A DNA stretch of 64,000 nt from Camelus dromedarius. Lineage: Eukaryota. The notes under the pieces were generated by a model. That model searched no databases and was not told where the DNA came from. It worked only from the letters and a program-made list of their open reading frames with translations. The position numbers were made by a program, and so were the translations under genes. Where the stretch lies: assembly GCF_036321535.1 (NCBI RefSeq), contig NC_087437.1:41232001-41296000 (forward strand), given 5' to 3'. This document shows positions 35,146 to 48,750 of the stretch, in pieces (the first letter of the stretch is position 1; the number at the start of each line of letters is the position of its first letter).

Positions 35146-38100
35146 TCTACTCTGAAGGAAGGACGTTCATTTGCACAGTTAAATTCTGGGGTGTGCCTAT
35201 TTTCTCTTTACTTAATGGATCACCCAAAAAACCTTCTGTGTTACTCTCTAGTTTGTGTATGTGTTTGTTTTCATAAATATGTTTTTACTGTAAGAAGTTT
35301 ATGGAGAAAGGATGCTTCTACACATCTTCCCTGTGCTCATCAGTTGGCTCCAGCTTAGTGCCGGGCATATGGTAGGTAATAAATAAATTGAATCAGTGAC
35401 TAACGAGGTCTCAAAATTTAACTCTAGATAAATACCCTGAACATAAGAACTAGAAAACCAAAGGGATTTGTGCAGCTGGTGGAAACATAACATGCTCACT
35501 CTTATGAGCAGGTTAATACTAAAACCTGGAGGTGGGGGAAGAGAAGATGGAAACAAAATCATGGAAAGACCTGGCATCTTGTGTACAATATTGAGCCTGA
35601 AAGTGTCAAAAATTTCTATTTTCTGATAATTTAAGATACGTTGCCTGCATATTAAAATATAATGGTGTAGCACTGCCCTGCTCTCCCTGCGTAGCGGGCG
35701 GAAGCACTGAAGCCAGCATGCGGCCCACCAGTGTGAATGTAATCAGAGCAATATCGTCCAGCATGGAATTGGCTCTTTGACATTCACAATATAACTTCGA
35801 CAGAAGAAAGCAGTTTGGCTAGTTTATCTCTTTATGAGAGAAAAAATGAATCCGGGTTTCTGTAAGAAAGCAAAAAAAGGATGGGGTGGTGGGGTTGGGG
35901 GGAACACAAGGTCCAAGTGACACCATCCGAGTCCCTTAGAACACAAAAATCAACAGCTGGGATTTTACCAAGTAAGAGAGAGAAAACAGGCATTTAAAGA
36001 AAATTTAAATGGAGTGAGCAGGTGGTGAAGCATTTCATATTTGAGAATGCATGGTTTTACTAGGGCCACTAGTAAGTAAGCTGCTCTTCTTCAATTTTGT
36101 GAAATAACAGAAGTATCTGGGAATCTTGAGCCAGGACTTCAGAGCAGTCCCTCTGGCAGCCTGTGCGAGGCTGGGAAGGCCTTGGATTTCAGGCCCCTCA
36201 CTCTGACTCCGTTCTTCCACCCTCATTTTGATTTGTCTGGTAAATCAAGCTAAGAGCAAAATCTGCAATGAGACCTCAGCTTGCTCCTGTTACCCCAACC
36301 CTGAGCTTGAGGTTGGGACCAGATGACTGTTTTAACCTCCTTCTCATAGATCTGATTTCAAGAATATAAGAAATCAAGACGCAGTTATTTTTTTTTAAAT
36401 TCTCTCAAATGTCACAACAAGGAAGCAAATTAGGCTGGCACAGCCACCAAGACCCTGGAGTAAAGGCAAGCGACAAATCTCCACCGCCCTCCCCAAAGGG
36501 ACCTCTGATCAATGAAGACAGCCATCCTCTCCCTTAAAGAACAAAACCCACAAAATTCAGTTAAAAATTAGTTATTGAAGATTGGAAAAAAGCAGGAAAT
36601 GTCTTTATTTTACTCATAAACACTTCCAGAGAATTCAGCAGAACAAAGGATGTAACTAGCTGGCCTTCTATTGTTTAGATGACTGCTTCTTAAAAACATA
36701 CAACTGGCAAAATTATAAAATGTTTCATACTTTCAGGATCTGGACATGGCTCAGACAACCAGCCACCTCAATTTCTCTTTACATTAAAAAAAAAAAAACT
36801 CTGCTCTTAAATCCTCAATTTACACCAAAATACAAATTACTAGTAACTACATCAGGTATCCTCTTTCATAAGGATACCTTCATTTTAGCAAGAAATAATA
36901 GTAACTTCTAGCAGAACAACACAACAGAGACATTCTGTAGCTCATTTATACTGACCTTCTGAATGTTGGTTATCCATTATGAAAGGCATTTTATAGAATA
37001 AAACCCCAAAATAGTCTTCAAAAGATGAATTGACTTTCTAAAGCCCATTCTCCAATTCTTATGACCCCAAAGACCACCCACACTCTGCCCCATCAGGCTG
37101 CCACAAGATGAAAGGATGATGAACTAATCTACAGAATTTCAGCATTACCCAGACTACAGAACACAATTCTTAGGGTTTTAATATTTGCTCACAACTTCCT
37201 CTTATAAATCCAGACTCCCTGCAAATGTAAATTCAGTTTCTGGATATGCATCATCAAAATAAATTAAGTTAGATATAAGTATTGCCCAGAATTTTCACAG
37301 TGTTGATATTAATAAACCCACAATCTCCTTTTTTTGGTGGAAAACAAACAGCAACATTATTACAAATCAAATTTCTATTACTGGATGAAGACTCAACTGC
37401 TGACCAATAGAGACACATAAATCTATCCATCCCTTTCCAACTAGGATTTAAGGGCTAAATGGAAACCCTGGCTTTATAATAGCATTAATCCATCATTTTG
37501 TGATAAAGTCTGTGGGCAGATAACACAACAACAGAGACCCATTGTTTTAATTCCATTTCATAATCAGAAAGAAGTGATATGCAACAGAGAAGCACAGAAA
37601 TGCTATTTGCAGAAAATATGATTTTTCTCTGTTTCAAACAAGCAAGATAAATGTTTTCTCATTTGGAGTACCGTAATGGCTTTGGGAACTGTGTTCTAAG
37701 AAGCAAAATGAAAAGGGGTTTAGTATGTAGATTAATCATATGACTTTTCCAAAAATTCAAAATGAGAAAGCCATTTTAACGTACCTGAAGATTGCTTTGA
37801 ATTTACAGCTCCCACCCCACCTCACCCTCATCCCCTAATTTTGGTTCATAACTGCATCTCATTCTGCCAGGCTGATGCTGATTTTGAAGTTGCAATGTGT
37901 TTTATTTGATGCCAATTCAATTTAGAAATTAAAGGAGCGAAGTTCTTGAAAGAAACATCTGGCTGACAACACCTGATACAGGCAGAGACACTATTAATCC
38001 CTCCTTGGGTTTATGGAAAATCCTAGGTTCAAATAAACCAAAAAGATCCCTCAGCTTCTCTGCCCTCCTCTCCATGAAAATACAGTAGATTTTTCTAAAG

Positions 38101-41100
38101 CTGTCTGGGTGACAAATGCTGTCTGGATAGAAGTGATGCTCCTTGGCTCAAGTAGAGCCAAAGCAGTTTCAGAATCAAACTACATATCATTTTGAAAGTT
38201 CCCTGTTCTGCAAACTCTGGATGCAAGCTTTAGCTATTTTTCTGTTCACCACCTAGACATCACCTGCTCATCAACAGATTTTTAAAATATCTTGCAGTGG
38301 CAAATTTCCCCCAAAAAAGTCTTCACCGGTATCTAAGTACTTACTGCCTCTTCAAAAGCAGCAGAGAGTAAATAGAAAGTTGTCTGCTAAGTCAGGAGAT
38401 GAGATGAATTCAAGCTTAAGTGCCTGAATATGGGCAAAGGGATGATTTATGTCACAGGCCCAAAGGAACAAAGCTCATGTCGCTGCATATCCGCGAGTGT
38501 CTAGGTTCACATCCCCGAGGACCTTTAGACACCATAGGTGTGGCTGCCACTCAGTGTTTCAGAAACATCCTTCTGTTGAAAGGACATTGAAAGTCATCAA
38601 CACCGCACGAGTTTGCTCTGTTCTTTCTAAGTGCTGGACGGTCTTGAAATCTGCCACGTCTCCTCGGTTCCTATTCAGAGTGGGTCCAGGGTAATGGTGA
38701 TGGGGGCGGTGGTGGGGTGGGGGCAGGACTCCAGTTCCCCAGCCGGAACAAGAAGGAAGGTGGTTCTACAGAACCACAGAAAGGCAGAGACAGCAAAGGA
38801 TTCTGTGCCGCCCATAAGGCAGACATGCCCCACATTGCCACGCAGGGAAAAAAGAAAGAAAACATAACCCCGCCACAGGGTAAAACAGGGAGTGTGCCCA
38901 CGGCCTCACCGCCTCGCCTGGTTTAAGCGTGGCTGCTGTATCAGGATGTTTCTGAATCTTGTTTTCCTCCTCAGTTATTTTTTCCTACTCCACTAAGCAA
39001 GAGAACCGGAAGCAAACTATCAGAAATCCTTGCGCTGCCAGAAATTCAACAAATGCCTCTCCAATTCCCAAGGCCCAGGGCTGAGAGAAATACCAGCTGA
39101 GAATTAGAATCAGGAGAAGGAAAAATCTATAAAGAGGTTAATTAGCTTATGTGCTACAGTCGAGGGAGGCAGAGCATTTTGCTGGGAAATCACCAGGGTG
39201 TCCCCATGGGGGAGACTCTAGCCTCTTAACCAAGTAAGAGGCTTGGTGAACGCTCTTCTGCCATCCTTCACAAACGCTCAAAAACAAGAGCCACAGACGT
39301 GAAGGACAAAGAGCTGGTGCGGAGCTAGTTCATGAAACCTCAGGAAATACTACATTCTCCTCCAACCAGGTTCTGCTAAGCTTCAAGGTCAGATAAAACT
39401 TAAAAGAGGTGAATAGCTGAAGGGTCATCTGATTTACTTCCCACTGACACAAAAGAGAAGCCATTTATTCCCACTAGTGGAGATGGATGGATTCTGAACC
39501 ATCTCCATGTTGATGCCTGGGCTTGTGTGTGACACCAGAAGGGCATCTGGAGGAAACCTAGCTGATATGAAGACTGGAGTTTGAGGGCAAGGATCAAAAT
39601 AAACTAAATGCTCACGCAGGACAGTATAACTTCAGCCTCCATGAAGAGAGCGTCCTCTGCACTTCACCAAGTATGGCTGTGTGACTGTGCACATTTTCAG
39701 TTTGGAGTGAAAAGTCAGGAAAAAAAACTTAACTCCACTGCTGAGAGATAACTTCCACGTCCCTGGGTCTGGGCATCCTTTCCATCTTTCTTTAAACTTG
39801 AAAAGTCCACCAGAAACTATTGATTCTAGCCCTGAAGTAGGTCTGACATGATGACTAGCTGCACTGAAATGGCCGGGGGAAGAATGAAGCCCGAAGGTGG
39901 AGCCCTCCATCTGCTCCATCTCAAAGGAAGATGCTGCTCGCCACTGTGTGGCACTTTGCGGAGGTCCTAGAGTGTTTGCAGAACTGGGGAATCGTATGCG
40001 GGGAGGACCAGGTCATATGCTGTTCTAGGACGAGGAATTCACCTTCCACATGTTCAACAAAAAAAAATGTAAGCCATTTATATATACCTGTCCACATTGT
40101 GGTGTGCAAATTTACTGAGCACTGCAGGCATCCAAATCCCAGCTCTACCGCTACCAGCCACATGGCCCACGTTCTCCTCATCTAAGAACAATAACATCTC
40201 CCATCTCATCTAGGCGCTGGGAGACAGTCTGTGTGAAATACAGAGCAGATACTCACAACATGATGACTACTTCTATCACCACAGTCCCCACAGTCCTAAT
40301 GTAATTGTGTTTATGCTCATTTCAGCACTCTGTCCTTGTGATCTGGTTTCTGAGAATGGAAAATAACACTTAGATGACAATCAAAGCAAGCTGTGCATCT
40401 TAGGTACTTGAGAACCCATGCAGCTTGTAAAGCCCAACCCAGGTTCCCATGGGCAACGGAGAAAGACGTGGAGGCCATTTGCAAGAGCACCCACCTTGGG
40501 GAACATTAACACCCCATTCATCTTTGCCATCAACTAAGCCGAACCTGATGCGGAGTTCTGGAGGACAGGCATCCCTACCATTTCATCGCAGCCCAGACTC
40601 TGTGACTGCATTACACTGCCTGCGGGGACTGAATTCCACCTACGCTGACAGCAGCACAGTTCTCCAAACACCTCTGCACCACCCACTGCTGGCTGGGGTT
40701 CTGGTTTCATTGCCGATGAATCTCATTCCAGAGGCACAAGTCAGAGACTTTTTTTGGTTTTCACATTCGGAGATTGTCCCTTACCACTGCAGACAGACAC
40801 ATCATCTGTGCTTATAGACCAGTGCTCTTTTCCCTAGTCTTCATCTTTCCACCACAGAGATGATTGATGCCCCACGATCTCATGAAGAATAATGGCAGCA
40901 AAATGAAAAGCGTATGTGTCATCTCAGGGAGGACACGTGGGTAGTAAAATATAGCTGTACCAAGGCTTTGTGGCCATAACTCTTAATATCTCTGTGCAAC
41001 TGGAAATGACAAAAAAAACTTTACGATTAATATTTCATCTAGGACTCCCACCACTGTGGAGGAACAGGACAAAGGAAATGCACATTCCAAACAGCCCTCA

Positions 41101-44100
41101 GCATTGATAAATAGGGAAGCTTCAAGGGCCACACGATCCCACTAATGATTTCCCAACTGACCCAAATCAACTTTCAGAGAGACAATGCCAGTACTGAAAG
41201 CCTAGGAGATGGGAGGGTGACTAGTTTATTTCTCCCTCTGGCTGTTTTCTAATTCCCCTCACCTATTTCCAATGCTCCCTGTCAGTCAAAGAAAGGAGGG
41301 CCAACGGGGAGCCAGGGCTCAAAACAGCTGCCTACAGCCTCGGTGCAAGCTGCCCTGGAGCCGGGAAAGAAAGCTTGGGCTCCTCTCGGTGAGGGTCGGC
41401 CAAGTTCCAGCTGACAGCAGATGGAAGGGAAGTTCTTACAAACCAAGCCCGATTTAGGACTTCTCTCCATTTCTCCCAGGGACACCATGCCTTGTCCGGC
41501 CCCCTTTCCTGCCCCTTCAGCCTAGTTCCCAGGAGTTTGCTTTCTGTTCACCTGGCCCTCTTTGAAACTGTGCAAGTTGTGTTTATTTTCCCCGGGAAAT
41601 CTAAGCAGAGACAATTGGATGATGGTGGTCTCATTGCCAATGCAGTAACCAATTATCCCGGTCTACGCCTTGGACCGCTCAGTTCACTTTCGCACACACA
41701 GGCGTGCACGCGTGCGCACACGGACACACACACACACAAACACCACTGAAGTTTGATTTCTCCCCATAAACGTCCATGAGTCCATCAGCCTTGTAAGGTA
41801 CTGACTGTAATGACCGATGTTTGTAATTTTCATGTGCACAGCTTTTGTACCACAAAGTCAATGACTATGTGTTTTATGTGTGTATGTGTGTACCTGGCAC
41901 AAAGTGTGTGTGCTTAATAAAGATTTAGGGAATAAATTTTAGATGAGGCCTTACATTCAGGCACAGTGCTGACACTTTTAAGTTGGAGGCAGCCATAGTG
42001 GTCTTTCAGGGGCCACCATTAGAGACTTACCTCATAGACAGTGGAATAGGCCTTAGGTTTTAGGATGAAAGAAGATTTAGTAGTTGTCAACTGGCAGGTG
42101 ATAACCACCTCTGAAAACCCTGCCTGGTGGCCCAGAAGCTAACCCGCACAGGAGTCCCACCAAGACCACTGAAGATGTGATGAGTTTCCAACAATAAGCC
42201 CTTTGAACAAAGATGGCTGAAAAAATTCTTGTGCCTTACAATTTGCTTCCCTCACATGCTGTGAAGACCTAAGTACCCATAAATGGAAAGGGATAACCTA
42301 GCAGACTGCAATATAGACAGAGCAGGAAGAAAACAAAACACCTGTCTAATCACATGGCTAGCAGTCAAAAATTTGCAGAAATTGAGGCAAACACTGAAAA
42401 GTGGTAGCCACAACTGAAAAGCACTCACTTCTTGTACTTTTTAGCCAGGCCTTCTTTATAATATCATAGTATTGTCATTCTGAACACTTGTCATTGCCTG
42501 TGTCATTGCTCTCACCCCTCATCCAATGTTCTTGGAGAGATCTAACCAAGATACATCTTGCTTTGCACTCCTGACGAGCCCTGCACCTTTCTTTTTGCCC
42601 TTGTTAACTGCAGCCCTGGAGGTGTTCATCTGCAGGGCAGGGCTTGGTTCTCTCGACCCACAGAAGAGAGTGAAAACCTGGGGAGCTGGCATGCCTTCCC
42701 ACTCTTTCCTCCTCCCCAAGACACACACACATTTTACTGACAGCATTAATTTCCAAGAGAGGAAGGATGTGTTGATTTGGCAGGAATGGGGTAGAGAGGG
42801 TGACGAGGGTACAGAGGCTCCCAGAATTAATAGCATCTTTGTCCTGTGAGTTCTGTGGAGCTAAATTGACATGCACTTCAGAAAACAAGAGAGTTGAGCT
42901 CGGCTCACAATGGCGGCTGCACCATCTGGTTCCCAATGAGTTGTTTTTAGCTAAATTTTCAGTTAGGTTCATTAAAATCTAAGACAGTTCAGTGTTTAGT
43001 TTAAACAAATGGGCTCACACAGCATTTGAAAAACTCAATAGAACTTTCCTTTCCTTTAATGGCGAAAATGCTTTACAAAATCCCTTTGGGTCAAATGAGG
43101 TGTTTTTCCAAAACCAGCTGCTTTAAGGATAACTAGGGTCACTGCTGAAATATTGCAGATTCTTATTTTTAAATCTTTTCCTAGATGAAGGGTTTATTTT
43201 ACATTAGGTATTTAATAAAAATCTAAGACCACTAATACTAGATTATTTAACAGCTTATGAGTCATAGTTTATAGAGATTTTGTCTGCTTTCCTTTCTTCC
43301 TCCATCAAAGGCCTACTATGTGCAAGGCACAATGTTAAGTGCTGGAGGCTCGGCAGCTAGAAGGACACAGTCAGTCCACTGGAGTATTATGGGATGGAAG
43401 AGCAAGCAAAGCCCCTGACCTCAGCGCCCCCGTCCACGTCTGCTCTGCCACCAGTGCATGTCCTTGAACAGCCTGCTTGGTTTTCGCAAACCAAAGGCAA
43501 GCCCGGCCACTCCTGGTCGTTGTGAGATTTAAACAAGGACTACTGTGAAAGCCCTTTCTCTAGTGGGGGTGGGGCGGGTAATGGTGGGAGTGGGTGTATC
43601 ACTAGGATTTCCCACTCTCTCCTCAACACTAACGTTCTGAGTGAGTTTGCTTGGAGATCACCAGCCCGCCTTGTAACTTACCATAGTTCATAAAGGGATA
43701 GGGAGGAGCCTGATGGATTTAAATAAAAAAATCTTTATAATACAGTCTCACTGAAGAATATAGGATATACAAGAAAGATTACAAATCCTTTCCACAAACT
43801 GCCTTCTATCCAATGCTGAAGAGAATCAACGGCAGCAGTAAGCTCAGAAGGTTAGCACATATAATTTTAACTTTGAGCTAACATTCCATGACTACTAATA
43901 CTTACAACTTTCTGCCAGTCTGTCCATCCGCACATAAACCTATCTATTTGCCTGTCGTCTGTCTATCTACTCACCTTTTCATCGCTTTGAAAGGGTGCTA
44001 AATCAAAGGACAGCTAGACGTATAATGGAAAAATTCTGGAATATAATTCTGCTGACTGTTTTCACTAACACTGTAAGCCTCAAGAGTCTCCAGTAGGTCC

Positions 44101-45789
44101 AGGTGTAGCGTTGATCATCCCAGTCGCACCCCTAAAGCTTTCCTGCTTGCAATGGAAAGGACAAAGGCTCTGAAGTCCATGGTCTGCTAGTTACTAAGCC
44201 ATAAAACTCTGGGGAATTACTTCACTTTCATGAGCTTCAGACCCTCACCGATACTTATTTCCTAGGGCTTCTATGTTCATGAAATGATTGCATATAAGGG
44301 ACCCAAAATAGCAACAGGTACATTTTCGGGAAATGCTAAAGGAGTTAACCTGCTTATTATCCTTGGGTGCCAATTCCACCGATAGTTATATATTTGTTCC
44401 TATTGTGGGATTTTCACTTTAAAGTTTTAGGTGGGATGAGGGGAGGATAGTTATTCCATGCAAACATGAAATATTATTCACATGGCCCAACTACTTTAAA
44501 GTAAATGAATTCTTTTTCTTAACTCATTACATGCAAATAAGCATACCCATATTGGAGGTATTCAACATTTCAACAGTGAATAAATGTAGCTCTTCTCAAG
44601 TCAACACTCAAAATTGATGAAGATTTTCATATAATTTCTTGCATATCATATAGGACTTGATAAATATCTAACATACAATCTCATCTCTGTAGCAAATGCT
44701 AATAAGATCTTATACCATAAATAATATATCCTTCATCACCATTTCCAACCTTACATAGAGACTCAGAATTAGGATTATGTTCCTTATATTTCAAACATAC
44801 AAAGGAAACAGTTTATCAAACCCAGCATAGGTAAGACATTTGGGATAACACCTCATCGTGACATGAGGGATCTTTTACAATATACCGCTAACATTTGTCC
44901 TCTTTCTTACCTCTTTCTATTCATCAGGCACTGCAACACACTGACATACGTCCAACAAACACCAAGAGACGCAGGACACCTTAACAACAGGGAACGACTC
45001 TTACCAGACTCCACAGTAGAATACGTGACCCACAGCAGATGCTTAGTGCATTTCTGTTGACTCACTGAGTCATCCTAACCCTTTCCCAATCTCTGTCATC
45101 CATGACAGTCTTTCAAACATTTCAGAGATTGCTCTCATGTTTCAGATACGCTATTTTTTCCCAAATAATTATCCTTAGTTTCTATAACTATGGATTTCTT
45201 ATTCATTTATTTATTTATCTTATTTCTTTATTTCTTATTGTATATCATATGAATCCCAGACACTTCACAATTTTGGCTGGTTTCCTCCACTGGAAGTACT
45301 CCCACATAGTCAATATCCCTGCTAAGATTTTGAGACCCAAATACAATCTTAGTGCTGGGCAAAGCTGTTCACTCCCCTGACCTGGGTGACACCTAGGCAT
45401 TTTTCCAGCAGTGTTGGTTGTAAGGCTGTCTCTTCTCCCTCTCCTGACTTGCTCAGTTGATTTCACTTGTCCCTATACAACGTCACCCCGATTCACAGTA
45501 CCTCCACTCTACTAAGATCATCTTTATTTTATCAACCCATAGATTAGTGATCCCCACTTTTGTGTCGCCATTAAATTCCATATTTAGGGCTCCCATGTCT
45601 TCATCAAAGGCACTGATTTTAAAAGGAAAAGAAAAGAGAAAGACGGTTGCTGCTAGAGATGACCTACCAGAGAGATGGTGGCCCATGAATCAGCACAGGG
45701 CTGTGTGAGAAGCCATAAATCAAGCTGGCTCTACTCTTATCTAACCAGTATGTTTTCATAAATGATGTCTCAAGACACAACACTGATAG

Positions 45790-46340
45790 CTATATTGCCT
45801 AGTTTAAAATTTGATAGCTCTTCATATTCCATTCAGATGTATTTTATGGATTAAAGTCAAAATCCTTGGTATAATATACAAAGCTTTGCCCATAGGGCCT
45901 TTGTCTGGCTCTCACATCTCAGCTTTGGTACCATGTCCCCTCACCTCCCCTTCACCCTTAGGAGGCTCTTCTCTGGCCATTTGGGACGACAGCATTTCTC
46001 CCACCCTTCCAGGCGACACCACATCTTTACTCCTTTGCTCGTGCTGATTTCCTCACCAGGACTGCACTTCCTTTTTTTGCTTGGTAAACAGACATGTATT
46101 TCATGATCCAGCCCAAGCATTATTTTCTGTATACCAGTTTCTTCCCAGGCAGAATCAATGGTTTCCTCCTTCCTTTGTATATAAATTTAACCATGATATC
46201 TGCACATTCACATGTAAATGTCTATCTCTGTCCACTAAAAGTCAGTCTACTTTCAAACAGGGGCCCCAGCACGATGATTAGTTCCTGGAATAAAACATGA
46301 ATACTCCTGGTTAGTAATCAAGAGATATTTGTTGGGTAGA
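45790..46340 (+). mobile_element. L2 fragment
   Basis: ttaaagtcaaaatccttggtataatatacaaagc...tgtctatctctgtccactaaaa..gatatttgttgg. Confidence 0.5.
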
Positions 46341-46449
46341 TGGGGAAACGAGTATCATTTTCGAGAAAATCAAGCCAAATGGCCATGTTATAATACCAAA
46401 GGTAAAGAAACCTTCTTTAATTTCCTGTCTTCCTTGTATAAAGTATGAC

Positions 46450-46725
46450 TCATCTAATCAACTGAGCATCTAGCCTACGGGTCACTGTTCTAGGTGCTGG
46501 GGCTACAGCAATAGGTTAGACAGACAAAGTCCTCATTCTAATAAAATTGAACAAGTAAATACATAAAAGAAGATCATTCCAGATCAACATCTGCGGTATT
46601 CAGAAAATAAAAATAGGGCACAGAGGCAAGGTGGTTTGGAGGGAGGGGACACACAACTTAAGACTGGTTTGGGTATAAAAAGTCTCTCTGAAGAGATGAC
46701 ATTTGAGCTGATTCTTGGATAACAC
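46450..46725 (-). mobile_element. L2 3' fragment
   Basis: actgagcatcta..cactgttctaggtgctgggg.tacagca..agacagacaaagtcct...tctctgaagagatgacatttgagctga. Confidence 0.75.
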
Positions 46726-47429
46726 AGTATGAATAACTGGAATAAAACATGAATACTCCTGTTTATAAACTTTTCAATCGTAACCCAGCAGTGGGGTCAA
46801 TGGCAGACCATTCTGGGGGCACTAAGAGCATGGCCCAACACTGTTCACCATAGACCTCTTGAAGGGATTTGTCACAACTGCCCTGATTAAACATCCTAGA
46901 GCAAGGGTAGACTGACCCAGAGACTCACCTTTCCTTAGGTCTGTTTGTAAAAACTGCTCTGTTTGATTTCACCGACCTTTTAATAAAACAGCCAGATTCA
47001 GCTTCTGCCAGTCTTGTTCACGTCCCCCTCCCATCCCACCGCATCCCACCTTCTCTCTGAATCGAGCCTGAACGCCACTCCTCATCATGTTCATCTGGAC
47101 TTCAACGGAAAGAACAAAAGCTCGCATTCCACAGCTCAGTTTATCTGCTTGACCCCCACCAGAGACTGTAACTAACACAACTCTTAAAAAATACTCTGTA
47201 AGATGAGAGATCAATGTCTGGAAGCAACTTCTCTGAAGCACTCCAGGCAGACTCAGCAGGAGAGAAAGGAAGCCACTCACTCCTGACCTTGAAGGGAGTC
47301 CACCTGGCCTTCCAAGAGGAGTAGCATCTGCCAGGCCCGGTGGTGGAAGCCCTGTGGTGGAAGCCCTGTGGTAAGCAATTACACTAACATATCTATGCGG
47401 AACAAAGGAAGACAAGTGCCAGGTCTGCT

Positions 47430-47830
47430 ACCAGTCAGTTGTCTACCAAAAACAGATTACTCTGCCCTACTTTCTGGATAAGGGAACCCCATTTTTGTTG
47501 TAGTGTCCACCCCTCAAGGAAACGACACTACTCCAAGTTCAGGTATGAATCCTGACCTATCTTGATAATCCTAGCCTTCTTGCAACTGACTGGCTTAGGA
47601 GTAGGTGTGACCTCTTCTGGCCAATGAGATAGGAGGCAAAATCCACTGGAGGCCTTCTGGGAAAAGTCTCCTTGCTGATGCAACACCCATAGGACGAAAC
47701 AGCCCCTCTTAGGTTATGGAAGGCCTCACACCTGCATCTGACTCATGGGCTTTCAACAGTCACATTGAGCCTCCAGGTAAGCCAGCCTACAGACAAGCTG
47801 AAAGCCTTCCAGTTCATAACCTCTGCCACC
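47430..47830 (+). mobile_element. MaLR LTR fragment (MLT1J/K/L-like)
   Basis: tgactggcttagga..tgtgacctcttctggccaatgagata...ggccttctgggaaaag. Confidence 0.6.
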
Positions 47831-48299
47831 TTGCAAAGTCACCACGCCATTCCCAGACTTAAAAACCAGTGAGTTGGGTTACATGAGTCTTAAAGTCCTT
47901 TCTGGCTCAGAGAAGTGTAGGATTCTCAGGGAGACACGGAGCACTGCTCCAGGTAGTAGAGCCAGTGCCGATGTACATGATGTTCCCTGTAACAACCCTG
48001 GCAGCTGAACAGAGATTCACTGAGGTTTCTGTTCACAGGGGGAATGCAGATTGAGATTTGTATGCCTAAAGGCTTTCAAATTTTAATTTTTGGATTGAAT
48101 CAAAAATTAGAGTATCATTAAGGAAGGGCCTTAGTTAGGACAGATATAAAGTACTGACTGTACCAGACAGCATTTCTGTTTATAGAGAGAAACATTTTCG
48201 AGGAGAAAATAAGGACTGAGGCTTTCAAATTTCAATGATGTAAAAATAATTTCAGAAATCAATAATTTCAATGACGTTATTTTTTTTAAACCTCCACTC

Positions 48300-48750
48300 C
48301 TTCATTTTTCCCTTCAACAAATATGTATGGAGTACCTAGTGTTTGGCAGGCAGTGATGTACTCAAGCACAGTTCCCTTCCTTGGGGAGTGAACAGTTCAG
48401 TGAAAGCCACAGAGCAGTAAAAAGATGTTGCTCTACTTCTGACAGGAGCCATTATTAGAAGAAAGCATGAGGGATTATGAGAGGCCAGATTCTTACCCTG
48501 GCCTGGAGCAAGTAGGGCAGGGAGGGCTTCCTGATGGAGGAAACCCTTCAGGTGAGTCTTGAAGTAGAAGTGCCTGATGTGATGGGCGCGAGGAGGCCTG
48601 GTACATTGTGGGAAGACAATGCTTAAGTCAGGCGGGATGTTGTGTGTGAGGCAGGGAGCTCTGAAGCTGGAGAGGCGAAAGCCAGGGCCAGGTCACCTGA
48701 GACATGCTAGGAGTTTGGGAAATCTTCTTAGCACTCAGGAGGACAGTGAA
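48300..48750 (-). mobile_element. L2 3' fragment
   Basis: ttcaacaaatatgtatggagtacctagtgtttggcaggcagtg...cagggagggcttcctg..gagg..tgagtcttgaag. Confidence 0.65.

Noticed and set aside
34823..35155. 110-aa K/E/G/R-rich ORF
   Set aside because: Translation of a SINE plus the (GAAG)n microsatellite.
47340..47375. 15-bp tandem duplication GTGGTGGAAGCCCTG (similar short ones near 50422 and 63144)
   Set aside because: Ordinary replication-slippage duplications.
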